A DNA stretch of 63,433 bases, filler included, from Folioceros fuciformis (taxonomy: Eukaryota): NCBI GenBank assembly GCA_049999805.1. It is 6 parts of 6 records of this genome, joined end to end, with 100 filler letters (N's around TTAATTAATTAA, not from the genome) between each part and the next. Parts side by side here need not be neighbours in the genome. Positions count along the whole stretch, not along the records: positions 40,687 to 61,901 come from JBNGIO010004155.1; 5 more parts are not named here. One strand, 5' to 3'. Below, piece by piece: positions 47,791-62,001 of the stretch. Position numbers and translations under genes: made by a program. The notes beneath the pieces were generated by a model. It did no database searches and was not told the origin of the DNA. It saw only the letters and a list, made by a program, of their open reading frames with translations. Every line of letters begins with the position of its first letter. Position 1 is the first letter of the stretch.

Positions 47791-50449
47791 ATCCAAAACC
47801 CTTAGAAAACTATTTACAAAAAGACCCCCTAAACCTTAAACAAGCTACTATGACAAGGCAACCGCGACAAGAAATTCATACAAACTTTTGAAGTTTCTAC
47901 ATGACTTTCTTAGTGCAAACTTTGTAAGCAATCGAAGATTTGAAGTTTCTTAATGACTTTCTTAGAACCAACTTTACAACCAATGGAAGATCACAACGAG
48001 GAAGTTGTACAAAAGATAGTAGAATGAAGATATGAATAAACAAAGCAAAGAAGTTGAACATTGTTTTCTATTCATGTTTGTGTCCTCCTTTGCACAGATT
48101 GAACGAGAGTATCCGAAACGTTCAATGCCTATGGACATCACTAAGTTTTAGCTAATCTTCAATCATCTTATAAGTGACTTGTTTAAAGTTTATAAGAAAT
48201 TGTTGGGACTTAATTATGGCACCTACAACTCTTACCTACCCTACTCTTACTATATCTTATTACCTATGTAGAAAATTGTTGGACAAGCGCCCTATGCTTG
48301 ATTATCTTCAACCATTGGATCATCCAATTCCACAACAATATCCACCTTGTCTGCTAACATCCCAGATAACTATGACCTTCTACCAAATAACAACATGTAG
48401 GGTGAAAACTACAAGGAGAATGTGATCACAAATAGCTTCGAAGAACGCATCAATGCTACAAGGAACTGGAAGCAAGTTGAACACGTGCAACGCTAATTGG
48501 CTAAGACAGACAACGATATAATGTCCTCTAAATTTCATGTGCCAAACAACAAGCAAAAAATAAAGTAGCAAATTGTAATTGGAGATCTACGAGAAATGGT
48601 TGCTTATCTGGGAAGACAAGACTACAAGTTAGTAATATTGGACTCGCTAAGGACAAAGTATGCTGAATAAAATGGCTTATGTAGAATGGGATAAAGGGTG
48701 CGAATTTTCTTACACATTGATCATAGTAGGCCTCTTGTGCATGATGCAAAGGTTATGTAGCATCATGCAAGCTACTACAGTTTATGACACATGAAGGGAG
48801 ACCCAAATTTAGTCCTTCAAAATATACCACCTATTTTTCAAATTTCCAAATACATTTTCAATTTTCATCCTCCCTTTACAAAGACTTTTGTTGAACCTTC
48901 GTTTGTTTGATTAAAATGCTATATCATATGATTTCATGAGAAAAGGTATGATTGGATAAACACTATTACCAGCAATAAAAGGCCAAATATTAATGTTGCT
49001 AATCAATATCGTGGGACTTGCGAAGGGTCGATAGTTAGCATGTCACTTGCTTCATGCTAGACTTCTTATACGTGCAACGTGCCTCTTCCGCTTGCAGATT
49101 TAGGGTTGGGATGAAGATCTTACAAGAGAAGATCTCAAGAAGATCATAAAAGGAATCTTTAAAGTCACTGATAGTCGAACCTTCAAGATCAGAGGTATAC
49201 ATTGGCCAAACCAAATACAAGACCTCAGAAAAGAGTTTGCGAATGTGGTGTTGGAAGGGTGGATTCTACACGATGCTCTGGGCAAAGGAGAACCTTGTAG
49301 TAGATGATATACTTTATAAGAACTACGAGTTTATGATAGTTGGGTATGTATTGCATACTTTAAACTATTCTAAAAAACAATGCTCTTAGCAATAATACAG
49401 CCAAGCTCTAAGGAGATTGGATAAGGAGCTTATCCAAACTTATCCAAGGAGATTGGAGCTATGCTTAGTATCATAAAGGCCGTATTCAAAAAACTAACAA
49501 ACTTCTTAAATGATGGTCAAATTGTGAACCCATATCAAACGCTACTCGGTTAATAGTTCTTTGATGCGAGCAATTCAGTGATCGAGGTGAGTGGGTTATT
49601 AATGGTTGTTCAAGTAGCTATAATGGTATTCTCGCAGTTGTTCAAGTAGCTATAATGGTATTCTCGCAGTTCTTCTAAAGGGGCATATATCACTATGAAC
49701 TAGGAGCAACAACACACAATTTTTGTCGAGTAGCGAGTAGCAGAACGTAAAATTTTCACTCAGATGAGGAAAAGCTAGCAACCAAGCCACACACATGTGA
49801 GCATTTACACGTTTTTTGCAAGAACGGTTTGAAAATGAAGGTTCATATAACCTGGAGCCCAAACATTAGGGATAGAAAAGGAAGGTTCATATAACCTGGA
49901 GCCCAAATATTAGGGATGGTGCATGGGAGCGTAACTCCAATGGATCTCTTGAAACTTAGTCAAAGAAAGGAACATCTGAAAAAGAAAGAAAAGAAAAAAG
50001 GTTGAATAATAGTAAGAATAACAGAGGGAAACTCCACCAGCAAGACGCATACTTATTCGTTCATAAGACAACTCTAAATTTAATTTTTACTTTTTTTTAT
50101 TTTTAACTTTCATCTTATTTCACTTGTGCCATTACTCATATATAGAATCAGGTCCTCTTCCATTAAATGGCGAAACAAAGTCTAAACTATCACGTTGTAA
50201 CTTTTGTTAAGATGACGGCTTTTGACGTGCGGGGGAGAAACACAAATTGTCAAGCATCGCAGGGGTCGGTCGGGAGCTTAACATTTCACGGATGCATGTA
50301 CAAACGCTGAATTTGTTCACCGAGCCGTGAAGCCAGTTGGGTTGTTGGCACCCCGCGCATCAGGGCTGAGGTGGGGTGAAGTGTGCTAGGAAGGTGTCAG
50401 GTTGTGCTCAGGCGTTGGAAGGGCTCGGTTGCCCAGGACGGTTGGAAGC

Positions 50450-53400
50450 ATGGATGCAGAATTGTTGGCACTGCAGAAGCTGTTCGCAGCTGCGCAGGAG
50501 GCTAAGTCGACTTCAAGGCTATCTGAACGGAACGTTGTTGAGCTAGTTACGAAGCTTCAACAGCTGAAGCTCCTGGATTCGGATTTGTTGTACACTCTAT
50601 CGGGGAAGGAGTACCTGACGCAGGTACTTGTTGGTGGTTTTACTGCATGAATCACGATACAGAAGGATTGTGGAGCGTGAGATGGTCGCGGTTGACGGAT
50701 GTCTTGATTGGATAACACTTCTGACTGACTACTGGGAAGAGCTGCGTGCCGCACATGCTGCGAGATGCAAGTTTTGCCCTTTGTTGAAATAACTCTTGTG
50801 GTTTTCTGCAGCAACAACTCAGAAAGGAGGTGGAAGGAGAAATCAATCGGCTTGGTCGTGTCTCCTTGGTCGATCTGGCAGCCACCTTAGGCGTTGACCT
50901 TTATCATGTTGAGAAGCAGGCTGAGCTTGTGGTGGCTAGCAATCCTGAACTGTCATTAACACAAGGGGAGGTCTTGTCCTCCTCATTTTGGGACAATCTA
51001 GCAGAAGATGTTAACGAGACACTTCAAGAAGCTGGGCACATCCCTCTGGTAGACCTCGCCAAACGTTTTAGTGTCGGGGCTGAGCTCTTATCTTCTGCGT
51101 TGGAACCACGCTTGGGCAAGTTGGTACGCGTTCTCCAGCTTTTTCCACATGGAGGGCTCTGGTTTTCTCCAATTGTGGGCCGACTGATCTCTAGAGTCAT
51201 ATTGCTCGCGATGCAGGTAAATGGCAAACTTGAAGGTGGTCAGCTGTTCACTCCTGCCTTTGTTTCCCGTGTTCGAGCTATGGTCAGAGGCTCTGTCAGA
51301 GCTCTGACAGTGCCAACCCCTTTATCCACAATTTGGGCATGTGTCCAACAAGAGCTCCGAGAGGGAGACAAATCTGACGGAGGATCTCTTGGAGAGGGTG
51401 GTCTGTTCCACTCTTTGCTCAATAGTCTGGTTGATGCTGGGGAAATCTTGGGAACGCTTCGTGGAGGTGGGGCATCTTGGACACCTTTGGTGAGGACTAG
51501 TTCTTAGGTTAAGAACTGTAATGCCTTCTTCTTGTCGATGTTTCATGCCAGGCACATCCCGACTCTGTTCAGCACTTTAGTAGCGGAAACTTGGAATTGT
51601 TGGTCATCATACTGCGATTTGGTCCGTTTCTTCATGTCCCCCGTGGATCCTGCAGGTGTTCTCCAAATCGCAACGTGATAGTATTGGTACGTTCTTTTCA
51701 CAGGTCAGTACCTATCAATGATAAGTGTTGGTTGCGACCAATATGTGCTTTCTGTAAGATCCCTTTCCCTGAGAGGGTGGGTATAAGGAATCTTGTCTCA
51801 TTGTTTTCTAAGGTGTCCCACTGATGATATGGAAACAGAATGGCTACATCGGTTATGATGTACTACGGAAGCTGGCTGTACCTCAACCAAAACCTTATCT
51901 ACAGGTCTGCTGTTTCTTGTGGAACTTCTTTTCACTCTTGAGGCCAATGGAGTCAGACGAATGAATGAAATTCGTCCTTGTGCATCCCGGCATGTCAACA
52001 GACTACTTTTCCAGAAGGCGTTGCCTTACCTTCTGTGTTTGTGCATCCAACATTTATCAATGTCATAGATGCTGCAGCGGAAGAAGCTGTGAATGGAGGT
52101 GTATGGTAGGTATAGAATGCAGTGCACCTCAAAGTCTTTCCAAAGTAGTCTGATTGTTGTTGGCTCTTGATTTATTCTGGGAGTTGGTTGCAGGTTTGAT
52201 GCACTTCCTTTGGTGCCATCTTCCTTTGGGACATCTGACGCCGCAAAGTTGTTGGCTGTGTGTCCATCTGTGCAGAGAGCACAGAAAGTAAGTTGTTGAT
52301 ACCATAATGCTAATGCTTTCTTAACATTCTTGCAACAAGCCTCAGCTCAATCTAACTGCTTGCATTCATAACTTTGGCAGGAAGGAACTGCAGAAATAAT
52401 GTCAGATACTTGTGTCGTGAGCAGCCTTTTCTTTAAGGTGACTCGGAGTCCTCAAGAGTCGTCACATTTAAGGCGCTCCAGCATTTGCTTGACTCTCCAT
52501 GTAGGCTTACACCTGCTCAGACATCTCAGACTACCTTCAAAGCTCACTTTTGTTGTGTCCTTGTACTTGCAGGGTTTACTGGAAAAGTTCGAAGCAGAGG
52601 TCAGGAAAACGGCTTACCTTAAATTGGCAGCAATACAGCCCTTGGCTGAAGCTGCTGAAAATGGTAGCTCTCGCCATGATACAGATAGGGTCGATGTTCA
52701 AAATGACAAGAGCGGTAGACAAAGCAGTGGAAAGTCTGCACATTCTGCACCGAAATCAAAGGTTGGAGCAGATATGAATGTGGAGGAAGGTGGCAAAGCA
52801 GTCAAAGGGCGAAAGAAAGGAAGGGCGAAAGGGGGTCCCGTCAAAAAGGACAATGGAGAATTAGATGTCTCAGATAAATCTGTCCCGTCCAGATCAGTGG
52901 TTGAAGAGGACACAGCCATTCCCTCTGCGCAACAAATTGCAGAGAAGTTAGTGGAATGGTATCCTGATATGGAAACTGCTGGAGCAGGTAGTATTACACA
53001 CTTCAAACATATCCCTCTTGAAGTCAATTGTTGATCCGTGCCATTGGCTCCTCAACTTTTGTGATCGGGGTGCAGACGATGCGGATTCTGGTTATCTGTC
53101 TAGTGCTCTTGCTTCTAGGCTAAGGCCAAACCTCATGTTATCCTGGATAGAAATTAAACGTGTTATTTTCACTGCACGGGCTGATGAGAGAAGACGCAGT
53201 CTGGATGCTTTACAGCAGCAGATTGGGGAGGTAACTCATGTTCTCAGCATGTCTTGTTCAAGAGCGGTGGTTGTGTAGATTCAAAGCTCTCATATATCAC
53301 CAGATTTTGTTGATTCGATTATGGCATTTTGCATGAATGCAGGCCTACGCTAATCTGCAGCTCTATTCGAAGGCAATAGAGCTGTTTGAAGACGACAAGA

Positions 53401-54906
53401 CTATATCTGTAAGGTTCTTAGATGTGTATCACAGACTGCTCATGGGAAGCCTTTGGAAAGTTGTCTGTCCACTGTTTTATTCCGTGTTTCCTCATTGCCT
53501 TATTCGTGATAGCCTTTCACTTCTATAATCGTCAGGTCGTTTTGCAACGGCATTTGTTACGGACTATTGCCTGTGAGATCACCGACATGTTTTTGACGAC
53601 TCAGGTTTTCCATCCATAGCTCCATTTTTGTGTATTTGATTGCGAGGCTCAGCATCGCTGTAGGATAATTCTGTGCCGAATTGCAATGTGGATGGCAGGT
53701 CTTGGAGAATAAATTGGATCAGGGAGAGGCAGCTCAATCATTTTCACAGCCTTTGACCACATCTCAGCGATTATCCATGGTGTGTACGAAGCGCTTAGCA
53801 CAGTTTGCCGCCCATCGGCATTCGGCGATGTACAGTTGTTTACTTTTGAAATCCTGGATTGTCGTCCCATGTACTGTGGTGCAGGCTAAGACCCTGCCCG
53901 CCGCTTCACTTTCAAGGGCAGCAACCTCAATGGTGGAAGCTTTGGAAGGGAAGGTGAGATGGCTGACAATCGTTATCGTTGTTACCTTCGCTTGTTTTGC
54001 TCACAGGGTATTGAAATGAAGTCACTATGTCTTGTGACAGGAGGTCGATGCTTTTGATGCAAGCTTGGAAGAAGTTATGAGGGAGAGGTAAAATAACTCA
54101 GAAACAGCATGAGATAAATGCAAACGAAACCGATGTTACGGCCTTCTTATCTCCTGCCTTGATGCAGTGGTCTCCGCCTAAAGAAGATGGACAAGAAGGG
54201 AGAAAGAGCATTGCTGCACTCCTATGGCAAGGTTGGAACATGGTCGGTCTGCGCTGCAATCCAAGTAGTAAATCAAAGGTGAACCTTCTTGCTGATACGA
54301 ATCATTCTAACGAGTGACTGCAGATCCTTCAACAACAAGTAGAGGAGGAAACGGATCCTGTGGCATTGCTCCCCAATGTTGTTGGTCTTCTCTTCATCCA
54401 GGCAAGTTTCTAAGGTGCCGGTTGTGATGCATCTCTGATCTTGGACCCACATGGTATCGGCCATGACACTGCACAAGCAACATGCAGGTCCACAACAAGG
54501 CTTTGCAGGCACCAGGCAGGGCTATTGCTGCAGCAATAACTCGCCTAGAGGTTAGTGCCTGCAGTCACATCCATCCCATGGCGGACAGAACTTACTGCGT
54601 CTAACTGCTACCGTTATACGCCTTTCCAGAAGAGCATCCCAAATAACTCGTTCAGCGCCATACAAGTTTATCACGGAGACATCGTGCGCTTTCTTTCTAT
54701 GACTGCATCAAAAGTAAGTGCCCCATTCACACTTTTCTGTACCATCACGTCAGCTGCCACAAACTTGCTCATAGATTTGTTCACAGAGTGGACAGGACGA
54801 TCCTGGCACGTTGGAACAATTGGAAGTAGAGCGAACTGCATTGAGAACTAAAATGGACACTGTGAAAGCTCTTGTTTTAAGCATTGGGAAACCCGCGTCA
54901 TCTTAG
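50450..54906 (+). CDS. UFL1: E3 UFM1-protein ligase 1, many short introns
   Basis: MDAELLALQKLFAAAQEAKSTSRLSERNVVELVTKLQQLKLLDSDLLYTLSGKEYLTQ, GRVSLVDLA..GVDLYHVE, GKLEGGQLFTPAFVSRV, LQRHLLRT, LKKMDKKGERALLHS, VHNKALQAPGRAI. Stop at 54904-54906. Confidence 0.96.
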
Positions 54907-56060
54907 CACCAGAGCTTAGAACAGGCGAAGCACTGCTTAACATATGTAATCTGGTCACATTCTGTGCACCGGAAACAAAGTACCTTGGGTGAACCTTCTG
55001 AGGTCATCAGCCCACCTCAACGAGCCACTAGTTCTTAAATTCGACAAGAGAATTGCCTTCCATCCACCTCTTAAGTACCGAAACTTGCTATAGAGCTTGG
55101 GCGCCTAAGAGACCTTGGTTGAGAAGAGCGCGCGCAAGTGAGGCGTGTTCAAGAGAGCTTGGATGAGAAGAGGAGCTCGGGCGAGGAGAAGCGCGACCAG
55201 AGCTGGCGGGAGTCGGCACATGAAACATGCAATCCCGCAACGAGTGATGGCAGGACGCGGGTTTAAGTCTAATGTAGGTGGTTATTGATGCTGCGTCTCA
55301 ATCTCCGATCCAATAAATACTTCTTACGTGGGGATTATCTCCCTGGCATGGCGTCCCCATCCTCCGCCATGCAGCTCTCTTCACCCATCTTCTTTAGAGG
55401 AAATCACATACTGCGATCGCCTGTTAGAAGAAATCACATACTGCGATCCCCTGTACGCCCAGTTCTGCGACGTCCTAGTCTAAGCCGTGAAACTATGTTC
55501 ACCCCGTAAAACCGTGCACGGTCTTTTGAGCGGAGTAGCTCGCTTGTCTTTTGAGGTATGGGCGTGTGCCACGACACACACGCCTTGGGCAGGTTATGGA
55601 GAAAAGAAGCCCACGGTTTGATGTTTCTCGCCAGGGCCTTAGTTGTTGCAGGCGTTGTGAACCAGGAGGCCACTCTATAGGTGCTGTTGCCTGTTAGGCT
55701 GTTTTCGTTTCGTTTGGTTGGCCATGACGATGAAACTTATGAGCAGTTCACAACATACGCTAAATCGTTGTCAGACAGGAAAGCCGAAAACTTTTGATAG
55801 AAGATTTTGAAAAGTCCAGTGGTAGAGCATATATAGTGTCCCTAATTATATTTAAACATAAGTGCTAGATAAACACAGACGAAACGGCACGACGTTTGAG
55901 GGAAATTGGTTAGGCGGATAAACTGCTATTTAAGCAGTAACGCCGTTGTAAAACTTGATTTTATTATTCAATTGTAAAACACATAGAGAACTATTTCAAT
56001 TGTAAAACACATAGAGAACTATTCCAAGAATTGTTATGCTCCCTAATCACTTTGTTCTCA

Positions 56061-59000
56061 TGGTATGAGAGCCATGCTGAAACTTCCAGAGGAATCCTAG
56101 AACCATGCCGAGCCAGGGCGCTCCCAGTAGGGGCATATTCGAGTGCGCGCCTAAAAGGGCACTCACCGCCGCAGGCTGCCCACTTGATCGCTTGGCGCAC
56201 CTCTCAGCAGAAAGTGCGCGCGTCCCTAGGAGAGGGAGAGCCCGACGCCCGCGGTGGCAGTACTCTCCTCCCCAGTGCCAGCAATCCCCCCTACAACGCG
56301 ACCGCACTTTCGGCACCCATTGTTCATACGAACACTCCACGCTGGTGCGCTACTCGCTCAACGGTTGGGGGCCCTTGCCAACACCTGGAACACCTGCCAC
56401 ACACTAGCGCAACGCAGACATCAACCCACACCAAGGGCTGAGGAAGATTCTCGACAGGTCCCACAGCATCCTAAGCTGCGTGGAGGGATTGCTGTCTAGT
56501 TTGCTCTCGTATCAAGCTTCCTCCAGAATCCACGCCCAACGCTCCGACCCTGAACTTAAGACCCCTGAATCTCCCACCTCTAACAAAATCCGTGAGAACA
56601 TCTGCCAGGTTGAAGATTTCCTCAAGAACCTTGATCAATAGAGGCGAAATTCAAGGGGTTTGCCCACCAAGTCGGGATCAGACAGCCTTGCACCCTAGAC
56701 ACTTCCGCTGCCAAGGAGCACCGACTCGGATGAACGGGCAGGTTCGGCGTCTCACACGCGAACCAGCGCGATGCGCTCCATGCCCCTCGCCGAGATCGAC
56801 CTCGACGCCTCCCCATTGGGCCACCTGGTGAACCTCTTTACGCTGCTGGGACATGACGGTTAGTAACGGCCCACCTAGACTCAAACCCTAGGGCTCACCC
56901 CTTCAGTCCGCCCCCTTGAAAATAATAGCAATAAGAACATTATTTCCCCATCCGGGCCTAACAGGCTGCATTAGCTCCCTCGTCACCCTAGGTGTACCCA
57001 TGCTGCGGTCGTCAGTGGCGAAGCCTTCAACTAGGCGCAAGACTCGGAAGCCACCACCCCGATGGCACTCGAACTCTGTGCCGAGCTAGGCTCCGCCACC
57101 TACGTCCCAACATTAGCTAATAAGGGAATGAGAGTACAATAGCAAGAGTCACATGTGCACCTACCCCCTCATACTACCGTAGCCAGAGCTCCCTTGGTCG
57201 GTGTAGGCGTACATGGTCACCCTTGCACAACTCAACTCCCTCATCAGTAGCTTCCATTACCTTTCTCTACATACCCTAGCCCAACAATCAGCAATGGCAG
57301 CATCGTTAAGCAAACATACCTTCACCTCATAACTCAAGGAGAAGGACAGGTTTAAGGGGTCTGGCTACACTGTATGGAGAGTCAAGATGAAGGCCACCTT
57401 GCTAGGCAGGGGAGTCTAGGCCGTCGTTGATGGCTCCTACCCCAACACGAGTCCTACCCCCACAGCCGACGAAATTACCAAGTGGGAACAACATAATGCC
57501 ATCGTTGTTGCCCTAATTATAGGTGGGCTAGACGTAGACTTGGTCCCAGAGGTAGAGTACCTCACATCTGCGCATGGCATATGGGACCAATTAGAAAAGA
57601 AATACAAAATCCAGAACATGATGACACTATGCACAGTCAGGCAAGAGTTCTTCTCCCTTCAAATGAAAGAGGGAGAAAAGGTGGTCTCACATGTCAGCAA
57701 GTTCTGGCACCTACGTGCCCAACTCACTACGATGACAGGAGAAAAGATGTCAGAGTGGACGCTATCACCCAACAACTGAGCAGTCTTCCTACCTCCTACC
57801 ATACCTTTGTTACGAGCCAAAACGGCCCCATACGCGCTGCGGCAGCTGCCTTTGGCCAGACAGCGACCATCACCTTGGAGGAGGTGATTGGTGCGCTATT
57901 CTAGGAAGAGCAGAGTTGCGCCGAGTGCAGGAACTGCGTGTGTCCAGAAGTCGGTGGAGGCATAAGGTGGCTCCCTCCATTCAGATGGGGGAGGTCTGTG
58001 GCGCATGGAGCGGCGCGGGGGGCCAGGCCTGGGCGCGGGCTTGGAGGCAACCTGGGTTGGAGGCTCAGGAGGGTCATCTAGCTCAGCTACATCGTCAGCC
58101 ATCCCCAGGTCAGCTGTTCCCAATTCCCCCTCTGCATTCAAGACAGGTTGATTCGCGGCTACAGCAGGGGCTAAGGCAGTGGGATCAGCAGGGATGTCAT
58201 CAGGTGGTACCGTAACATGAAGTGGTGCTGCCTGTGCAGGTTCGTCGTCGTCAGCGGGGAAGACAAAGGGTTTGTCAATTGGCTGGATTGGAGCCACTGG
58301 AGGAGGTTCCCCTTAGGCGGGAGTACAAGGATCTATAAAGGTAACACTCTTTGCGAGCACAATGATGTCGGCGTCAGGGTTATATAACTTGTATGCCTTA
58401 GAGTGCTTGCTGTAGCCGACCAGGATAAGTGCCTCTGAGCGGTTGTCCAACTTGTGTCTTTTCTCTGAGGGATATGGGCATAGGCGCGAGATCTGAAGAC
58501 TCAGAGGTGCATAAGGCTAGGCTTCTTGTTCCAGAGTACCTCAAAGGGGGTCTTGGTCGGGACAGTACTGGTAATGACACGATTAAGGTTGTAGGTCGTC
58601 GCCACTATGGCCTCGGCCCAATAGCCCTTTGGTAAGTTTGCCCATAAGAGCATGCTTCTTGTCATTGAAAGCAGGGTTTGGTTCTTCCGTCCTGACACAC
58701 CGTTCTGTTGCGGTGTGTAGGGCACTGTAAGCTGGCGCAGGATTATTGAAGCCTGCAAGAGGTCATTAAAGGATGAGTTGACAAATTCAGTGCCGTTATC
58801 AGTTCTGAGGGTCTTCAGGAGCTGTCTTGACTGCCTTTGGGCTATGGTAAGCCATTCCTTGAAGCAGGCACAGGTGTCACTTTTCAGCTGCATAGGGTAG
58901 GTCCACGTGTAGCGGCTGTAGTCATCAGTGACTGTTAGAAAGTAACGAGCACCTCCAAGGGAGGGCTCATGAACTTTGCCTAAGATGTCTGCGTGGACTG

Positions 59001-61901
59001 AATCAAGGACTCGGGTGGCCCTCTGTGCAGGTGAATCAGGGAATGGTGACTCCTTCTGCTTAGCAAGGATGCATGATTCGCACACAGGTAACTGCTTGAA
59101 GCATTCGGGCAAAGGTTCTCGGTGGCACTCTAGGGCTAACATGTTAATCAGCTTCGACCTATTAACGTGCCCTAGGTGGGCATGCCATAACAGGGCCTGC
59201 TATGCCTGACTTAGGTTAGGACCTGTAGTTGAGTGGACGGCCTCTATGTGTGGGTATGAACTGTGACAGGTGATGTTAAGCCTGTATAGGTTGCTCTCGG
59301 GCAGTCCCTCAAAAGCACATGTGTGGGGAGACGACTTCCTATAGTAGCAGCAGTGCTAAGAGTCTACATGCATGTAGAAGACCCGCTGTCTCATGAGCTG
59401 GCTCATGGACATGAGGTTCTTGGCCATGCTTGGGATATAAATGACATATGTCAGGGTTAGTTCAGTGCCATCGTGGAAGTAGAAGACACAGGTACTCTTG
59501 CCCTCAATGCACAGAGTTGTCTTGCTCTGCTCATCTGCAAGAAATACCTGACCACCTTTTTGTGTTAGGTCAAGGGTACTAAAGGGGTCCCTTTTCTTGC
59601 AGATATGGGTCGTCGCCCCGGAGTTGAGGTACTAGCAGCTGTCATCACTGAGAGTGCTGGACAAGCAGATTGTCAGTATCTTCACGGGAGCCTTCGAGTT
59701 TCCTAGTTGGTTTTGCCTCACGGCCACGTTTGCGGCTGGTTTTTGCTGCTTGGAGGGCTCACCGGCCCTTCTTTTTCGGCATTCTCTGGCCCAGTGGCCG
59801 GGGAGGCCACACCAATTGCAGTTGCCAGGTCTCTTGACAGGGCTTGAAGGTTCCCCCCTATGTCCCTGCATTGTTGTACAACCCACTACACTCACTCAGG
59901 CATTTAGTAGCCCTGAGTGTGAGCAATGACGGTCAGCAGTTGAGGACGAGTACAAATCTCTGGTAAAGAACAATACCTAGACCCTCGTCGACCTCCCACC
60001 TGGCAGGAAGGCCATATCCTGCAAGTGGACATTTAAACTTAAGCTAAATGCCAAGGGAGCAGTTGCTAGATTCAAAGCACGGCTAGTGGCTAGGGGGTTC
60101 GCTCAGGTGGAGGGGCTGGACTGCCAAGAAACATCCTCAACTGTAGTCCAGAGCTAGTCTATCTGCCTCATCCTCGCCTATGCCACAAAATTTGACCTAG
60201 ACCTCCGACAAATGGATGTATGCACAGCCTTCCTGTACGGGGCCCTTGATGAGGAACTGTACATGATCCAGCCCGAAGCTTACCAAGACCCTGCACACCC
60301 ACACAGTGTTAAGGCTACTGAAGTGTATCTACGAGTTGAAATAGAGTGGGAGAATATGGTACCTCACCATGCACGAGTACCTGTTGAGTATTAACTTCAC
60401 TCAGAACACTGCCGACACTAATGTGTACAGGCTGGTGGTAGGATCCTCGGTTGTGCTACTAACCCTGTACGTGGACGATTTGATACTTGCCACAAACGAC
60501 CACAAATTGTCAGCAGAAGTGAAGACACAACTACACAAGAAGTTTGACATGAAGGACATTGGAGAACTAAAATATTGTCTAGGCATTCAACTCCTACGCG
60601 CACGAGATGCTGGTATTATGTACATCCACTAAAGCAAGTACATCAGCGAGATACTACTGAAGTTTCATCTCGATCAAGCCAGACTTGCCACCACACCCTA
60701 TGCTGTGGGCACCAAGCTCACTCGCCAGCAAAGCCCACAGACACCTGATGAATTAAAAGACATGGAAGGAGTACCTTACAGACACGCCGTTGGCAGTCTG
60801 ATCTTCGTTGCCAACTGGACCAAGCCTGATATACAGTACTCAGTTAGTACTGTATCACAGTTCCTAGACTGCCCTGGGAGAGTACACTGGACAGCAGTGA
60901 AACGGATTTTCTGCTACCTCAAGGGCACAACACATTACGGTCTCATGTACCAGAGGAGCGGAAATCAGCAGCTCAACTTATCTGGCTACTCGGATGCAAA
61001 CTGGGCGTTTGACTCTGACTCTAGACATAGCATCTCTTCCTATTGCTTCTTGCTTGCATCTGCAGCAGTCACATGGAGCAGCAAGAAACAAGCCACTATT
61101 GCTCCATTGAAGCCGAATACAAGTCACTAACGAAAGCAGCCAAAGAGGTAGAGTGGGAGAGAGGGTTTCTTTCAGACCTCGGTCACCCGCAGACCGACCC
61201 AACTCCCATCCTATGTGACAACACTTCAGCCCTGGTGCTAATAGCAAGGCCAACCTTCCACGCCAGAACGAAACATATAGAGATACAACACCACAACATA
61301 CGCGATATGGTGTCCAGGGGTATCATCAAGGTCAACTATACCAGCACAGAGGCAAACACAGCGGACATATTCACTAAAGGCCTACCAAAGCACGCTCACT
61401 ACTTGCACATGAGAGGGCTGGGCCTAGGTGACTTCTCTGCCTATCTTGAACCCTGACAGGATACAGCTGATGAGAGGGGGAAACTTGGGGTGCCCCCCAC
61501 TGGTCGACTCCCACACTGAACACGCCTACCGCCCTCTCACCGGCCAAGGCAATGCGACCTTGGCACTCGCTAGCAAAGAAAAACATCAGACCACAAAAAG
61601 AAGCTAGGGGACATACAAGAACACCAGCGCAGTCATCCACTCACCGGGCGGATGAAGCTACGACGCCAATACAATCGTCCCGAGCACACATCAACCAGTT
61701 TCCTCAAGCCACCGCTCACAAGTCTACGAAGGAGGAAGTCGCGTCGCGACATGAGCATTCTCTTACAGGCACTACGACACTGTGCGCCCCACACCGACCT
61801 TCACAAATCGTGACGCTCGAGCTTCAAAAGGCAGGCGCCCACAAAACGACTTTGGTCGAACAGTGACGACACTGCCTTGGCGCCATCCCGCAGCATTAGC
61901 T
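56061..61901 (+). mobile_element. Degenerate Ty1/Copia LTR retrotransposon with an internal inversion
   Basis: PBS-like TGGTATGAGAGCC directly after CA (56061-73); gag on + from 57294; CNWCGLPGHWAREC, YLNSGATTHIC, WHAHLGH and integrase (LRTDNGTEF, PYTPQQNG) on - (~57930-59865); RT (QMDVCTAFLYG, LYVDD) and RNase H (YSDANWA, CDNTSA, HARTKHIEI, ADIFTKGL) on +; PPT-like GAGAGGGGG at ~61472. A matching LTR pair was not found. Confidence 0.92.
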
Positions 61902-62001
61902 NNNNNNNNNNNNNNNNNNNNNNNNNNNNNNNNNNNNNNNNNNNNTTAATTAATTAANNNNNNNNNNNNNNNNNNNNNNNNNNNNNNNNNNNNNNNNNNN
62001 N

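Noticed and set aside
46549-47891. Long His/Pro/Thr-rich ORFs (418, 394 and 180 aa); also considered as a CRISPR-like array
   Set aside because: ORFs are open in all three frames because the CA-rich repeat lacks stop codons. Units are contiguous with no unique spacers, and there are no cas genes in this eukaryotic context.
48100-49500. Possible transposon relic (VYIGQTK resembling GIY-YIG; IHWP resembling Harbinger transposase)
   Set aside because: Isolated short motifs in different frames with no supporting domain context.
25208-54906. Apparent ER-proteostasis cluster (ATG4, EMC3, RPT2 pseudogene, UFL1)
   Set aside because: The genes lie on pieces separated by artificial linkers (29035-29134, 40587-40686), so co-location is not evidence.
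57294-61456. Copia stop codons mostly at Trp/Gln positions, suggesting editing or hypermutation
   Set aside because: Expected from ordinary C-to-T/G-to-A transitions in methylated TE DNA.
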